This document shows positions 22,115 to 35,000 of a stretch of DNA of 64,000 nt, piece after piece. The notes under the pieces are model-generated. The model was not told where the DNA came from and searched no databases. It saw only the letters and a program-made list of their open reading frames with translations. This DNA is from Minutocellus sp. GHC0000111 (Eukaryota), in NCBI GenBank assembly GCA_977018835.1, contig OZ361256.1:1612001-1676000 (forward strand), written 5' to 3'. A program made the translations under genes and the position numbers. Position 1 is the stretch's first letter. Each line of letters opens with the position of its first letter.

Positions 22115-25100
22115 TTACCGGTACTCCTCCATCTCCTCGTCACTCTGTTCGCCACTGCTGCCCTCAGATTCTTCATCCACCGAGGACGTGCTGCCCGATC
22201 TCCTGCGCTTGCGGGCAGAAATCTTTGCCTTGGACAATTCGACCTCCTCTCGATGAGAGGCTCGGGTAACTTGCCTCCAAATGGCGTACCGATCGATGCA
22301 TTCTTCGGTTTTCGACCCAACCGAGACGTACTTTTCAATAGAAAAGACCGAGGTGGCCGACGACGCATGGCCCTTGTCGTGGGGACGGCTCTTTTCGGAA
22401 GGATTGTACGCCAGGATCCTCTCGGACTTGAGGGAAAATGCGCTGACCAGATGACTCTTGAGCTTCATTAGCAGAACCAATGCCGATGCCGAGGCACAAA
22501 GATCGGCAAAGACGTCGGCATCGAAGTCACTGGTTGCCATGGCCTCCAATTCCTTGCTGGGATTCTTCGCCTTGGCGGCCTCCTCCATTGCGTCCTCATC
22601 GTCGTCGAGGATATCATACATATCCGACGGAGCAAGCCCATGAGGACGGAGAAAGTCTGCCATCTTCTCTGCGAACATCTCCGCATCCGACAGTCGCGCA
22701 TTGATGTGATACACAATATAGAGCGCATCACTGAGATCTGTGTAGGGAAGGGTAGCGAGGACTTGAGCGGCGAATGCCTGCAGGTGGAGCAGCTTCCGAG
22801 CGCGGCCAGTATTCTTCTTATCTTTGGTATCAATGTCCGTATCGAACTCGAAAAGACTGAGGAGCGAGTTGAACAGACCATGGCGATTGGCCTTGGAGCT
22901 GCGGATGGACTCGATAAACACCTTATCGAAGATACATTCGATCTTGCTGGAACCGGCAGTCTTCTTCTCGGTGACGGCAGTGATGGGTTTGTCGGGGTAA
23001 GCCTTGCGCTGAAAGTTGAAAGCCTCTTTGCATCCAACCTTGACCCGCTGCCGGAGCGAATCAGGACGCTTCTTTCCCTCGGCAACAAGAAGCTTCAATG
23101 CCTTGGCTCGGATATCAGGCGCACCGACATCACCCTGCAAGGCCAGGAGAAATGGGATGGTTTGGATCGGATTGATCAATCCCTGCCGAAGCAGGTCGCC
23201 GATCAGATCCAAACAGCCGGCACGGATTCGGACGTTGGGGCTCATCAGCATCTGGTAGAAGCGCTTGGAGTGTTGCGCCATGACACCGCCGACAAGCGAA
23301 GCGTCCTCATCTTGATCGCCAGAAATTCTCTTGCGCACGGTAATATCCTGCCTGGCCTCCATCTGCTCCTTGGCCTCGCCGGACTCGATGCGCTTCTCCT
23401 CGCAAACGAGGAGTTCTCGCCAACAGGAAAGTGCGGCCAACTGCAGGTCGGTGCCGGAGGAATCATCCATCACATCGGCGATGAGGCCGGTCTGCTCCAC
23501 GGCGAGCATGAGACGTGGTTGAGCCACAAAGATGCCACTCAAGCCCTTGAGAGCCTGACACTTGGTGGGTGCGTGATCCTTCTTGAGATACAGAGCCAGC
23601 ATGGAATAGGCAGCGGGGACAATGTTGGTCCAGTCCAGTTCGATCTCGGAAGGATCAAGCACTGCCGACTCGGGGGAAAGGTCCACATCCTCAGATGTGT
23701 CCTCACTAAACTCGCGGAAACGGCAAATTGAGCCAAGGGCGGAGAGGGCGCGGTGAATCAATCCCCTGTTCGACGCTTTGAGCTTGGCAATGTCGGTACC
23801 ACACGCACGATACAAGAAGGCGTAAAATGTCTTGGCGAGTGCGAGGAGCTTGGTCTCGGGCAGCGTCCCAGCATCCGGATGAGCGGCGAGTTTCGATAGC
23901 GCCTCGATGGCAGCACTCATAGCGTTAGACCCGAGTCGGTTGATCACCTTGGAGAGATCCTCGACGATGACACCACTGAGGCGCTCGACATCGACGGTAT
24001 TGAGATGCTGAGAGCAGCGGCTGATGATCTTGCTGACCGATGCAGCAATAGCGGCCTCGCTATCGCGCGACACACCGTTCTCGCCCTTGAGATACGGCAG
24101 AATAGTGTCGATGTGCTCAGTCAGGAGCGCAGGCGAACTCTCGGCAAAGACCTCTAGCGTAGCCAGCAATGCCACAAGCTTCTTGCCTGCCGTCTCCTTA
24201 TCCAGCTCGGCGCGTTCTTCTTCAAAAGTCAGAATCAATTCGATGAGAGCTGAAACAATTTTGGTGCAGTGAGATTGCGCGGCTTCGTGGCGTTTCTTCC
24301 TGGCCGCAGCCCCTCCCTTGCTCTGGCCTTCCCCGAAGCCAAAGAGCAGCTCTTTCACGAGCTTAGCGAGGGTATCTGACTTTCCGTTGGAGCAGCCAAC
24401 TACTTCCACCATCTGCGAGCTGGCCGTGGTGAGGCGTTGCTCGGATGCCGAAAGGGCCTTCTTGTTGCGACGACAAGTAGGTTTAGGTCCAGCATCGCCT
24501 TCTTCCTCAGGAGCAAGCTCCACCTTGGCGGTATCGAACCAGAGAGCCTGAAAGGTTTCGTGGATCAAATCGCGTACACCGTCATCTTCTTTGGGGTCGG
24601 CAGCGCGCTGCAGCATGACAGAGCATGCAGCGGCACGTCCTGAAAAGGAAGGAGCAGTCAACATCAGATCGCGAAAAATCTTGATGGCTCTCTTGCGGAC
24701 ACTGACGCCCTCGTCATGAAGCTTATCGAGAAGGAGAGGATAGAAGCCGGCCGCTGAGGTTGGACTCTGCAGAACGAAGGTTCCAACTAAGGATACGGAC
24801 GCCTCTCGGACAGAAATGGCCTCGTCTTGGAAACGTTGGGCGACAGCAGCCGATACCATCTTCTGGTGCATCAGCTTGGGATCGACCAGCAAAATTGTTG
24901 AAATGGCCTTGAGAGCAAGCTTACGAAGCGCCGTACTGTTGGGATCGCCCATGAGACCCAGGATGACACCTAACAAGAGAGGAAACGACGTGCTGAGATC
25001 GCTGTTGATGGCAGCGAGGGATTCCATTAACTTGCCATTGCCCTCATCGGTAAGATATTTCTTCTTGGCGACCATGGTGTTCTCACTCCCGTCCTGATTG

Positions 25101-28100
25101 GGCAGGTGCCATAGATCGAGGTAGGTGGCTTCCTTGACCTCGGCGTCAATAACGGCGTCTTGATCGTTGCTACCCCTCGCCTGCTCGCACTCTTCAATCC
25201 ACTGGGCCAGGTGTACTTCCCTCGCGGCCTTGTTCAAAGGCGACTTGGTTGATGCAAGGAAATTGAGTAGAAGCTGGCGCATAACGTAGACGTCATCAAT
25301 ACCGGTGGAGGCTCCCGCCTCATCACCAGTGCCAGCCATTTCAGAGCTGGACCGCTTCCGTCGATTGCTTCGGTTGGCAAAATCCTTGGATTCTTCAATG
25401 ACCATCACTTGCAAAGTGCAATCATCGCAAGTCCAGACACTGGGGGCATTTTCCCTGGTGATGCCAATGCAGCTTCCGTGGAACCATCCGTGGCTGTTAG
25501 CGAAGGAACAGAAATGGGTCGGGTGGGATACAACAATATGTCAGAAGAGATTGATTAGCCCATCAAAACTCAATCCCAAGTAAGTTTAAAAAAAATGATA
25601 AACTCACCATCGATCACAGTCAATCATGAATACGTCGGTGAGGTTGGTTCTGCCGCAGAAGCATTTGACATCCGTCTTTTCGACGACAAGTTCCTCCTCA
25701 TCCTCATCAATGTCCGTCGCCTGCGGAAGGACAAGAGGGCTCTCCTTGTGACAGCGGAGATTGGCCTGAATGGAGGAGCTAATCATACTCAGAATGGAGA
25801 AGGCAGTTGTCAGATAGGTCGATTCGGCGGTCAACCTTGTGCTGCGGTCGGTACCGATGGAGCTGCAACGGAGCAGATCTTGACTCATCTTCTTACAGAA
25901 GGCGTGAAGGAGCATGTCCGCCGCGGGGAATTCCGGATCGAAGCGAACCTGGAGCATATCCTCCACCAGGTGGGTAAGGACGGGCCTGAATTCGGACGCT
26001 CCGCCCTCTTCACCCTTCTTGGCACATCGCTTGGCAAACCCACTAACAAACATGTTGACGATGGCCTCACAGCCAGCAGTGCCGGAAGTCAGCCGAGGCA
26101 TATCCCACGAATCCTTGGCCGCTCCCGATGCACCGTTGGCCACAGCAGCTGCACCATTGCCGCTCTCTTCTTCGTCTTCTTCATCACCGAGCTTGGGGGC
26201 GACTGCTACCGGCATGGAAACGCACGCCTGGACCAGATGCAGGAACAGAGCCGACATCATTTGGATATGGCCCTGCTCATCTGCGGATCCACCACCGCCG
26301 ATGCTGGACCGACCACCAGACGACGAGCGCCTCCTGGACGGGACGGGCGACTTGAGCGCCAAGGCTGCTCCGGAGGCGCCGGACGCACCGCTCCCGATGC
26401 CGGCCGCATCCAACAGCTCCATCGTTCGGAGCTTGGATACATTCTTGGTGGCGTACGTGCGCATGGGCTTCTTTGAGGTTGGCAACTTGAGCATGAGGGG
26501 GAACAGATCTTCGACAATGATGGTCCGATGACGCGGATAGCGACGGAAGATTGCCGTCACGAGGGAGATGGAGGCGATCTGCACGACGTGGGCAAGGGCG
26601 GCGTTGCCCTGGGGTACCGGTGCTGGTTCCAGTGCCATCGTGGACAGGACCGCCGAACAGATGGACATGAGCTGCTGATCCTCGAGCTGGACGGTACGGA
26701 CGAGAAGCTCGACGCGTTCCATGAGGACCGAGAGGAGCCCTACCGTGGTGCAGATGGGTTTGTACACCTTCTTGAGGTCGTTGGCCAGCTTCCCCGCCTT
26801 GTTGGTGCCCTTGAATCCCTTTCTACCCTTCTTGGTGGATGCGGTAGCGCCGGCAGCCTCGTCGTCATCATTATCGTCATCGTTGTTATTCTGCTTGGCC
26901 CGCTTGCCCTTGCGGGGGGTAATGTGCGAATCGGCCGAACCCGAAGCGACCGAAACCGAGCTGGCGGTGACCAAATGTCCCGTGTGGCTGATGGCGGGGA
27001 GGACGTTGCGGATGAGATGCTGCCTTAGGAAGGAGACGCAGGATTCGATGGCATCCTCGGACACGGCCCTTTGGTCGATGCCGCGGGACGTGACGATGGC
27101 AAGGAGGACGGAGGCGGCCTCCAGACCGCGCTTGATGATCTCGAGCCGATGATGGCCGGAACCGGGATAGGCGATGCCGTGGGGAGTGTGGTTGCCCGAG
27201 CTGGATATCCACTGTTGGTTGGGGGTGCCATTGCGGAAGGGGAGAACGATGGTAGAGCAAGAGGGTTGTGAGGATATTATAACAGTGCACATATCGATTC
27301 ATGCACGAGGGTGTACCGAACTTGCTGGGCGATGCTACATGAAATTACATTCATCAGCATAGAACAGCCACCTCCACATGTCATCATACAACAATCACAA
27401 TCACACAATATATCAGCTACAACCACAACCAAAACTAAGCTCACCTCACTGACCGTCGCGGCCTTCCTGCCGGCACCGGTAGCATTGGCAACCTGCCCCA
27501 GCACTCCAACGCCGTCATTGTCCTCATCATCATCGTCGTCCTCTCCACTGCTACTGGTTCCCCCCATCTTCTTCTGCTTCTTGTTGCCACCTCTCTTCCT
27601 TGCAGCACCACCAGCAGCACCTGTACCACCGTGCTCGCTGACCGCCCGCGCCTCCCCGATGAGGTCGACGCTGGCCGCACTCCGCACGTGCCTCTCGAGC
27701 ATGGGGATGAGCTGGGCCAGAACGTCGCCGTCGACTCCCGCCCATCCCACGAGGGTCGGGCAGGCATCGTCGAGGTCGCCGTCGTCGGAGGCCGGGGCAC
27801 CGGGCACGTCGTGGGCTGCCTCGGCGTCGGTTTGGTGTGGGTGCGGGACGTTGGTACCCATTGGCTGCTGCTGCTCGAGGGACGCGCACAGGACCGACAG
27901 GCGGCCAATCTCGGAGGCCGTCAGTGGTCCGCCCGGGGCGCCGGCTCCGGTGATGCGGGCCGGGGGCTGCCCATCGGACTGTTAATGCTGTTGCTGCTGC
28001 CGCCGATGGCCGCCGAGGACAGCTCCCGCCCCTCAGCGCTCTGGACGATCCGCTCCACCTCGTCGGCGAAGGGATTGGGCTTGTTGCCGCCGGCGGCCGC

Positions 28101-28157
28101 TGATGCCGTAGCCGACGCCGTAGCCGACCCGGCCATCTGAGGATTATCAATCTCCAT
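22115..28157 (-). CDS. NIPBL: Cohesin loader Nipped-B/SCC2 with PHD finger; introns 27212-27444 and 25494-25607; frameshift near 27935
   Basis: HEAT-repeat motifs typical of SCC2 are present: IFRRYPRHR, PEFPAA, DEAISVREASVSLVG, DEGVSVRKRAIKI, LRQGLINP...PFLLALQGD. The PHD finger (CFCG...MIDCDR/CHGWFHGSC...WTCDDC) is restored across the intron. Confidence 0.9.
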
Positions 28158-28660
28158 CTCTGCTGCTGCTGCTGCTGCTATCGCCACCCTTCGATATGTG
28201 ATTTTGAATTGAACTGAATCGAATCGAATTGAACTGGGTCAATACCGCTCTATCTATCTGAAAGCTTTGGTCAGGCGTGCCGGTATCCGATCGAAAAAAA
28301 TTTGCTATTTATCGCGTTGGAGGGAGGAAAAGGATGGATCTGCCCCGCACGAGGTACGCACACGCGCCAAGCCAAGGAAAATCACTTGAAACAGAGACGA
28401 ATGAATCAATCACTGTGTCTGCAGTGTCTGCAGTGCTGCTGCTGGGCTGGCCGTGGTACTAGTAACGATGAACACCCGTCGATTTCGGTATTGGAGCGGG
28501 CCGGGCTTGCCGCTCCTTTTATTTCTTAAACGTCATTATGACATGTCAACACTCTCGGCGAGCGAGATCGAGATGAGGCGAGTTGCAGCCTGCGTTGCCG
28601 CCATAGATACAGATACTAGTAGTCGACTACGAGCATAGCAGCCAACGGTGCAAAGCTATC

Positions 28661-30412
28661 ATGCTCAAGAATATCGTGTTACATCGCACTGCATGTCGCT
28701 CATCCCCTGCCATTGCTGTTGGCGTGCTGGACACATCATTGCCGAGAGCGACGCGGAGGAGCCTCAGCAGCAGCAGCAGCTGTCCTCATCATGCCACCGC
28801 CAACACGAGTCCGAGTCCTCGCAGTAGTAGCAACGATGATGCCAACCCCATGGCGTCCACCACGTCCACCACAAGCACCAAACTCCAAATAGTCAAAACA
28901 CTGCCCTACCTGGGATCCATCGTGCCGCCATACTCCAACACCCCGCCCTTCGATCCGCAAAAATTCTACGACTACTACCCGGAAATGAGGCGTCGGCACG
29001 GTGATTTCTATCGGATGGGCTTTCCCGGTCTCGGCAAGGGTCGGGATGGTCTCATGTACATCGTTACCGACCCCAATGAATTCATCAAGGTGATCCGTCA
29101 GGAACGTGGATCGTCGATGCCGTATCCCCGGGGCATTGTGGAGGCCGAGTGGCCGTTGGTGGACTGGCTCCGAAGCAACGAAAGTGTCCTGGCACATGGT
29201 ACCAACGATGAGGAGGACAGGCTGGGATTTGCCGGGAGGGGCGCCACGTGGAAACGACTTCGGACCTTCCTCCAAACCGACCTGCTCAGTCCGCAGGCTG
29301 CGGCGGGGTATGTGCCCATCATGGCCGAGGCGGCCCAGTTGGCAAGTCGTGGCGCACCGGCCTCGTCGGACAATTTGAATGCCTACACCAACCGCTGTTC
29401 GTTCGATTTGTTCAACAGCCTCATGTTTGGACAGCTGACCCAGATGGCCGACCCTGATACCGGCCACGACGAGGACAACATTGCGTTCTGTGAGGCATCC
29501 GTCCGGGGCATGGAGGCCATGCTGGCCCAGCTCACGTCGCCGGTGCAGCTGCCACTGTTCAAGATGGGAATTCGGACGAAGCTGTACAAGGACATGGCCT
29601 CCAACATGGCCGTCGCGTTTGACATTGCCAACAAGAAGGTGGCATCCTTCCGTGCTCGGTATGATGCCGGGAACTTGAACGAGGCCGAGAAGATTTCGTA
29701 CCTTGGCCGCGCCATTGAACGGCAGAGGGACCCCAACAGCAACATTAGCGAACAGGATCTCATTGAGCTCATCAATGTGTCGCTCGTGGCCGCAATCGAT
29801 ACGACGTCTTCCCTGCTGAGCTGGAATATGATGCACCTGGCGCTCAACCCAGATGTTCAAGAGAAGTTGCACGGCGAACTGACGGAGAGTATTCGGAAAG
29901 CTGGTGGCACTATCAATGCAGAGATGCTGAGAAGAGGCGAGAGCTCTTATCTGCATGCCGTCCTGAGAGAAACGCATCGGCTGACGCCACCGGCACCAAT
30001 CACCGTGATGAAGGAAAATTCTCTTGACGATGTAGAGATGCATGGGTCCAAGGTGCCCAAGGATTCACTGATTTGTCTAGATGCCTTTTCGGTCGGTCTT
30101 GATCCCAACCTTGTCGACGAACCGCAGGAGTTTCGACCAGAGAGGTGGCTGCCGTCCGCGATTGACGCTCGCAAGGGCACCCCTGCCGAAGTACTTGACC
30201 ATCCTTATTACCGAGATCCATTTTCGCAGGGATCGAGGAAATGTCCTGGCAGTCGAGTAGCCAACAACGAGGTCCTCATTTTGCTATCTCAATTGGTGCT
30301 AGATTGGCGAATGGAAGCACCCGAGGGTTATTCCAAGGAGAGTGTGGAATATTCGCTCAAGGGTATGATTCATCCCACGATGCCAAATCTCGCATTCATT
30401 TCCAGAGACTAG
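28661..30412 (+). CDS. Cytochrome P450 with mitochondrial-type presequence
   Basis: I-helix AAIDTTS, ExxR (ETHR), PERW and heme motif FSQGSRKCPG. The N-terminus is Arg/Ser-rich with no membrane anchor. Confidence 0.92.
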   Translation: MLKNIVLHRTACRSSPAIAVGVLDTSLPRATRRSLSSSSSCPHHATANTSPSPRSSSNDDANPMASTTSTTSTKLQIVKTLPYLGSIVPPYSNTPPFDPQKFYDYYPEMRRRHGDFYRMGFPGLGKGRDGLMYIVTDPNEFIKVIRQERGSSMPYPRGIVEAEWPLVDWLRSNESVLAHGTNDEEDRLGFAGRGATWKRLRTFLQTDLLSPQAAAGYVPIMAEAAQLASRGAPASSDNLNAYTNRCSFDLFNSLMFGQLTQMADPDTGHDEDNIAFCEASVRGMEAMLAQLTSPVQLPLFKMGIRTKLYKDMASNMAVAFDIANKKVASFRARYDAGNLNEAEKISYLGRAIERQRDPNSNISEQDLIELINVSLVAAIDTTSSLLSWNMMHLALNPDVQEKLHGELTESIRKAGGTINAEMLRRGESSYLHAVLRETHRLTPPAPITVMKENSLDDVEMHGSKVPKDSLICLDAFSVGLDPNLVDEPQEFRPERWLPSAIDARKGTPAEVLDHPYYRDPFSQGSRKCPGSRVANNEVLILLSQLVLDWRMEAPEGYSKESVEYSLKGMIHPTMPNLAFISRD

Positions 30413-30614
30413 CAATGCCATATATATAGAGAGAGAATATGAAATAGGAGGGTAGATCTATCGCATGCGCCGGTAATGTACCGGTAAGCGTGTGTCAAAA
30501 AAGTGGATGGATAAACCGGTGTGAATAAGCACTATTTTTTGTTGTTGTACTACAGTAGTAGAGTATGCCACTAATAGGGTTAGGGTTAGAGTGCTTCTGT
30601 ATCTTTCCACCACC

Positions 30615-31827
30615 ATGACGTCGCCGCCGCAAGTGCTCCTGTTGGACGGCGGGGTCTCAACACATCTCGAAAGCAATCTTTTGGATCCAAATCATCCCCA
30701 GAGACCGCCCTTCTCGCATCGTGAACTTTGGTCGTCGTCTTTACTTTTGACGCTTGCTGGCAGGGACGCCATTCTCAAAGCTCATAGAGATTTCCTCTCG
30801 GCGGGTGCCGATATCATCTCCACGGTGACGTATCAGGCACACTACATGCCTTTGCCCGGGAAGGAGGACGACACAGGTCGCCTAAGATTGTACGATGCCG
30901 AGGTAGATAACATGCTCAAAGATGGGGTTCGGCTGGCGAAGGAAGCAATAAATCAATACCAGGAAGAAAACGGCACAAGCAAACAGGCTGCATATGTTGC
31001 AGCAAGTATTGGTTCGCTTGGTGGGTCTCTTGCGGATGGATCAGAATACACCGGAAACTTTGGATTATCAATAGAAGACATCGAGTCGTTTCATACGCGA
31101 AAACTCAAGCTTCTAGCCGGAGAGCATCCCGATATTGTTGCATTCGAGACCATTCCTTGCATCGAGGGATGTGAAGCTATTCTCAACGTACTAAAGAAAC
31201 AAATGCCCGGCGGATTGAGGACTGAACGCGATGCGCCCAACATGCCACCCGCCTGCTGGCTTTCTTTTGCTTGTTCTGACGAAGAACATCTCAACGACGG
31301 ATCTAATCTCAGAGATGCGTTAGCTTTAGTAGAAAGGTTGGATCCCGAAGCAAAACTCCTCCAAGCACTAGGCGTCAATTGCTGTAGTTTGAAAAATGGT
31401 GCGTAAAAGAAATCAGACGATTGATTGTGGCGAATGTACCTTGCATTACTTTTACATAACTGCTAATTCTCATTTGCCGTTGTTATTCTCATTCGCTCGC
31501 TCTGCCTGTTGATTTATCAATTTTCCACTTTCAGTGAAAGCGCTGACAGGGATTCTTGTTGAGCATATTATGCAGCCAGGGAATCGAAATCGGTCCATAG
31601 TGCTTTATCCCAACTCGGGAGAAGAGTGGGATGCTCACAGCGAGACATGGCTGGAAGGAACTGGTACTACAGTGCCAGAAGACTTTGCTCAGGGTATCAT
31701 GACCACAGTCGGTGACATCCACAAGAGGTTTCAACCGCAAGCGGGACCAAGCATCATAGTGGGAGGATGCTGCCGAACGACACCGGAAACTATCGCGGCG
31801 ATTCGGCACTGTATCGACGCGGAGTAA
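30615..31827 (+). CDS. Homocysteine S-methyltransferase (MmuM/HMT family); intron 31399-31534
   Basis: LLDGG, H..FL.AGADII.T.TYQA, LADGSEYTG, AFETIP, GVNC, YPNSGE and VGGCCRTTP motifs. The GT-AG intron joins the ORFs in frame. Confidence 0.9.
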
Positions 31828-32224
31828 GCGCAGTCTGAGTGATTGGAAAGTATGGAAGCAGAGTAATGACAAATGTCAGATGATGAAACAAGATGGAGAA
31901 TTGGACTGGCGATTGATATCATATGCATGCTTGTGTCCTCAGACAAATGCCTCGTTCTAATAATCGACACCGAGAGCCTCTAATCATAACGATTGAGGAA
32001 GTTCTCTCCGACTCGTCATCAAATAACGTATTAATCACTGGAAACTTTGTACATGCATACTGCGTAGTATTGAGCTGGGGGACGTGGGGGTGGGGGACAC
32101 GAAACAAAATGAACAAACGTACCTGATTATTCCTTCACGAAGGCGGAATTCCCCGCAACAGTGAATGCCCCGCAACAGTGGACATGATATTGTTGCCATG
32201 AAGTGGAAGGACCAACGACTTTCA

Positions 32225-32449
32225 TCACGTCGTGGACAGGCGCATCCCTCCGAAGAATGCCTTGCAAGATTTGCATCGGCCGCCTGTGGCCAGCTTCATC
32301 GCGTGAGCTTTGCAGTAGGTGAAGGAGCAGCCACAGCCATCTGGCTGGTACGTGGCGGTCTCACCGCATATTACGCACTCTCCTTTCTTGCGTGAGGCAC
32401 TGCCGGTGGGCGGCTGCGGCGGCTGGGTGGCCGGAGCGCTGTCGGCCAT
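32225..32449 (-). CDS. 74-aa RING-like zinc-finger microprotein
   Basis: CVIC...CGC...YCKAH...CKSC ligand spacing, GC-rich codon usage and an ATG in a good context. Confidence 0.65.
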   Translation of the reverse strand: MADSAPATQPPQPPTGSASRKKGECVICGETATYQPDGCGCSFTYCKAHAMKLATGGRCKSCKAFFGGMRLSTT

Positions 32450-32980
32450 GCTGGTTTGGTGGCAGCTGCTGCTTGGGTTGTGTGGTTGTGTGGTTGTGGG
32501 TTAGCTGTTGGTTGGCAAAATCCTGACGAAGTAAAGACGGAATTGTCGACTGGCTTGACTGACATGCAGGGAGGAGGGAGGGAGGACAACTAAAAGCATG
32601 CATGCGTTTGTTGCTTCGCATGCTAAAAGTAACTGACAAAAGGGGGCCCAGCGGGACAGAAAGTAGAACGGGACAGGTTGGGAATACATCTGAAACTTGC
32701 TCTCAAATTCCGTGCGTCAGTGGACTGTGTGCATGATGCATGATGCATGACAGCGTCCAGCCACATGCCGTCTGCAATTACTATTAGTGCCGGTTGACCT
32801 GAGGCATCTTTTTTGGCCTGCATGCCTGGCAGCGCGGGTTAGCGCGCGCGCGCGCCACGAGCACTTTCGAATTTCCCGCCCGCCCCAGCTGACGATGTCT
32901 CGCGGTCAAATCATAACTCCAATTGCTTCGCCATCTCTACTCCCTCGCCCGAAGTCCAACATATCCCTACTCTCGAATAG

Positions 32981-33553
32981 ATGACCAGAAGCGGAAACTG
33001 CTACAGCGTCGGCGGAGCAAGGCGAGTGCCAAGTGCGCCAAGCATCGAGACACTCATGGAGATGCTCTCCGTGCAACAATCGACACTGTCATCCCAAAAC
33101 GGCGGTGCCAATTCGACCTTTTCGGAAGAAGATCTGGGAGCTGGCGGTGGCCCGTCGAGATTGTCAATCACCAGTCAGACCGACGTCACAGAGTCTCTTG
33201 GTGGTACAAGTAGCGTCTTGGGCCAACGACGACCATCAGATCGCTCCGCTGTTTCCGCGGGAAGAGCACTTCTCGCCAACAACTCACCACCAGCCAAGGC
33301 GACGAGCGATGGCACGCTGCACTACGAAGTCAAGACCTCATCCGGCGACCCAGAACAAGAAGGCAACAAGGAACGAAGAGCTCCAAGACGACGACGTAGA
33401 AGAAGAGCTGTGCAAGATGCTGATCTCAGCAACGACGGCGACCAGCAGCCACAACCATCGGCAGGACCACCGCGAAAGAATTGCAGCTTCCTGGGCCGTT
33501 CCAGGGATAGCCTTCTCCTCAAGCTGCTGGCCAAAGAATCGACAGGTTGCTGA
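32981..33553 (+). CDS. Hypothetical disordered protein
   Basis: 190-aa Ser/Arg-rich ORF followed by AT-rich DNA. No domain recognised. Confidence 0.4.
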   Translation: MTRSGNCYSVGGARRVPSAPSIETLMEMLSVQQSTLSSQNGGANSTFSEEDLGAGGGPSRLSITSQTDVTESLGGTSSVLGQRRPSDRSAVSAGRALLANNSPPAKATSDGTLHYEVKTSSGDPEQEGNKERRAPRRRRRRRAVQDADLSNDGDQQPQPSAGPPRKNCSFLGRSRDSLLLKLLAKESTGC

Positions 33554-34517
33554 GGCCTATCCCCGATAATTTCAAGCATCAACGAAACGAACTTCTACAG
33601 GAAAGTTCACACAGACCCAAAACTACCGGCACACAAAATCATCTCCTACTTCATATTAGACATGCACCTGCACCTGCACAACGGCTTCTCCTGCCGTACG
33701 GTACTCAATAAAAATGTAAGATGAAATTATGTGATCTTTTGCCTCCTACCGGTAGATCTACATGGCAATTTGCAAATATTTGATAAACGTAGTTTACGTA
33801 GAATTTATTCATGCATGTCTACATGTAAGGTGGAGCCTATTCGGTTACACATGTGTTTACATATAATTTGATCTAGCATGCTTGTTTGAGACCTCAGTTT
33901 TTTGCTCCTGATACAGATACATTAGACTACATGTACCTAGGTACTAGTCTAGATCTACATGTACAGGTACCTAGGTACATGTTGATCCTCATACCGGCTA
34001 GATCTAGATCTGCAGAAATGATGCCAAAATTGGTCAATCAAAACCTGAGACGCCGCAACCGCGGATTGGGGCGAGGGAACAAGGAAGTGAATGTCAGAAT
34101 GCAAATCCACGTGACCTCGTCTCATAGAAATCGATGGCAAGATTGGACACTAGACTCTAGGTTCTGCAGGAGTTTCTGGAAAAAAGAGCCTCCAGTGTTG
34201 CTCTCGTCAGAAGATCTAATCATTGTGTCAGAACTGGTCCCATTCTTCCAATTTCCCATTTTCTCCCGTGCCCGTTCAGAACAGAAACTGGGACCGGGAC
34301 ATGCCCAAGACAGGCGAAAAAAAAATCAGACGCGAAGAGATAATCGAAGGCGTCTCGCATGCATTTGCATTTGGTGCTATGCAATCTTTTTGGATGATCA
34401 CCCCCTCCGTCACTCCCACTTTCAATACAAGAACATTCCCACCACTCATCAACGTTTAACTCCCACTCATCAAACCTATCCGATCTACACACAACGCACC
34501 GTCATTCAACATTCGCA

Positions 34518-35000
34518 ATGTCGTCGTCGACCGTCCGCTTCTCAACCAAAACCAGGATCTTCCTGATCCCAACTGCTGACGAATTGTCCCTGAAGGAATT
34601 TGAGGCTACGTATCGAACTCGCGAAGGTGAAATCAAGACACAACGAGAGATTGTCAAGACAATCATGGCCGCCCGACAAAACAATGGTCAGATCCCAGAC
34701 GAGCTGCAAGATGAGCTCACCACCCGAGGGATCGAGTATATGGCCGGCAACGACGATAGCCGCATGCAGAGGCGCAAGGCCACCAAGAGACAGGTGGTCG
34801 ATGCCGTCCTTGACGAGCAGGATCTACAATTCGACGCCTACGAGGCAGGCCAGACACCGTCCGCCATCTCCGATTCCACAAAGATTGCCGTGATTTCTTC
34901 TCAACACTCACAGGGCTGCCGCGTCGCTGCTGTGAGGTTGGGCAGAGAAGATGCCTCATGCCACAATCATCACAGACAACCACAAGAGCCGACGCAGTAA
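34518..35000 (+). CDS. Diatom-type hypothetical protein (VRF...RGIE...AVLDEQ family)
   Basis: The pattern TVRFS...RGIE...RR...VVDAVLDEQDLQ...IAVIS...A...G.EDA is one I recognise from an expanded family of diatom hypothetical proteins. Confidence 0.7.
   Translation: MSSSTVRFSTKTRIFLIPTADELSLKEFEATYRTREGEIKTQREIVKTIMAARQNNGQIPDELQDELTTRGIEYMAGNDDSRMQRRKATKRQVVDAVLDEQDLQFDAYEAGQTPSAISDSTKIAVISSQHSQGCRVAAVRLGREDASCHNHHRQPQEPTQ

Noticed and set aside
30575..30589. TAGGGTTAGGGTTAG telomere-like sequence
   Set aside because: Only about 2.5 units, too short to call an interstitial telomere.
33886..34566. 226-aa ORF upstream of the diatom-family gene
   Set aside because: It begins in a TA-palindrome cluster, has non-coding composition and overlaps the better ORF 34518-35000.
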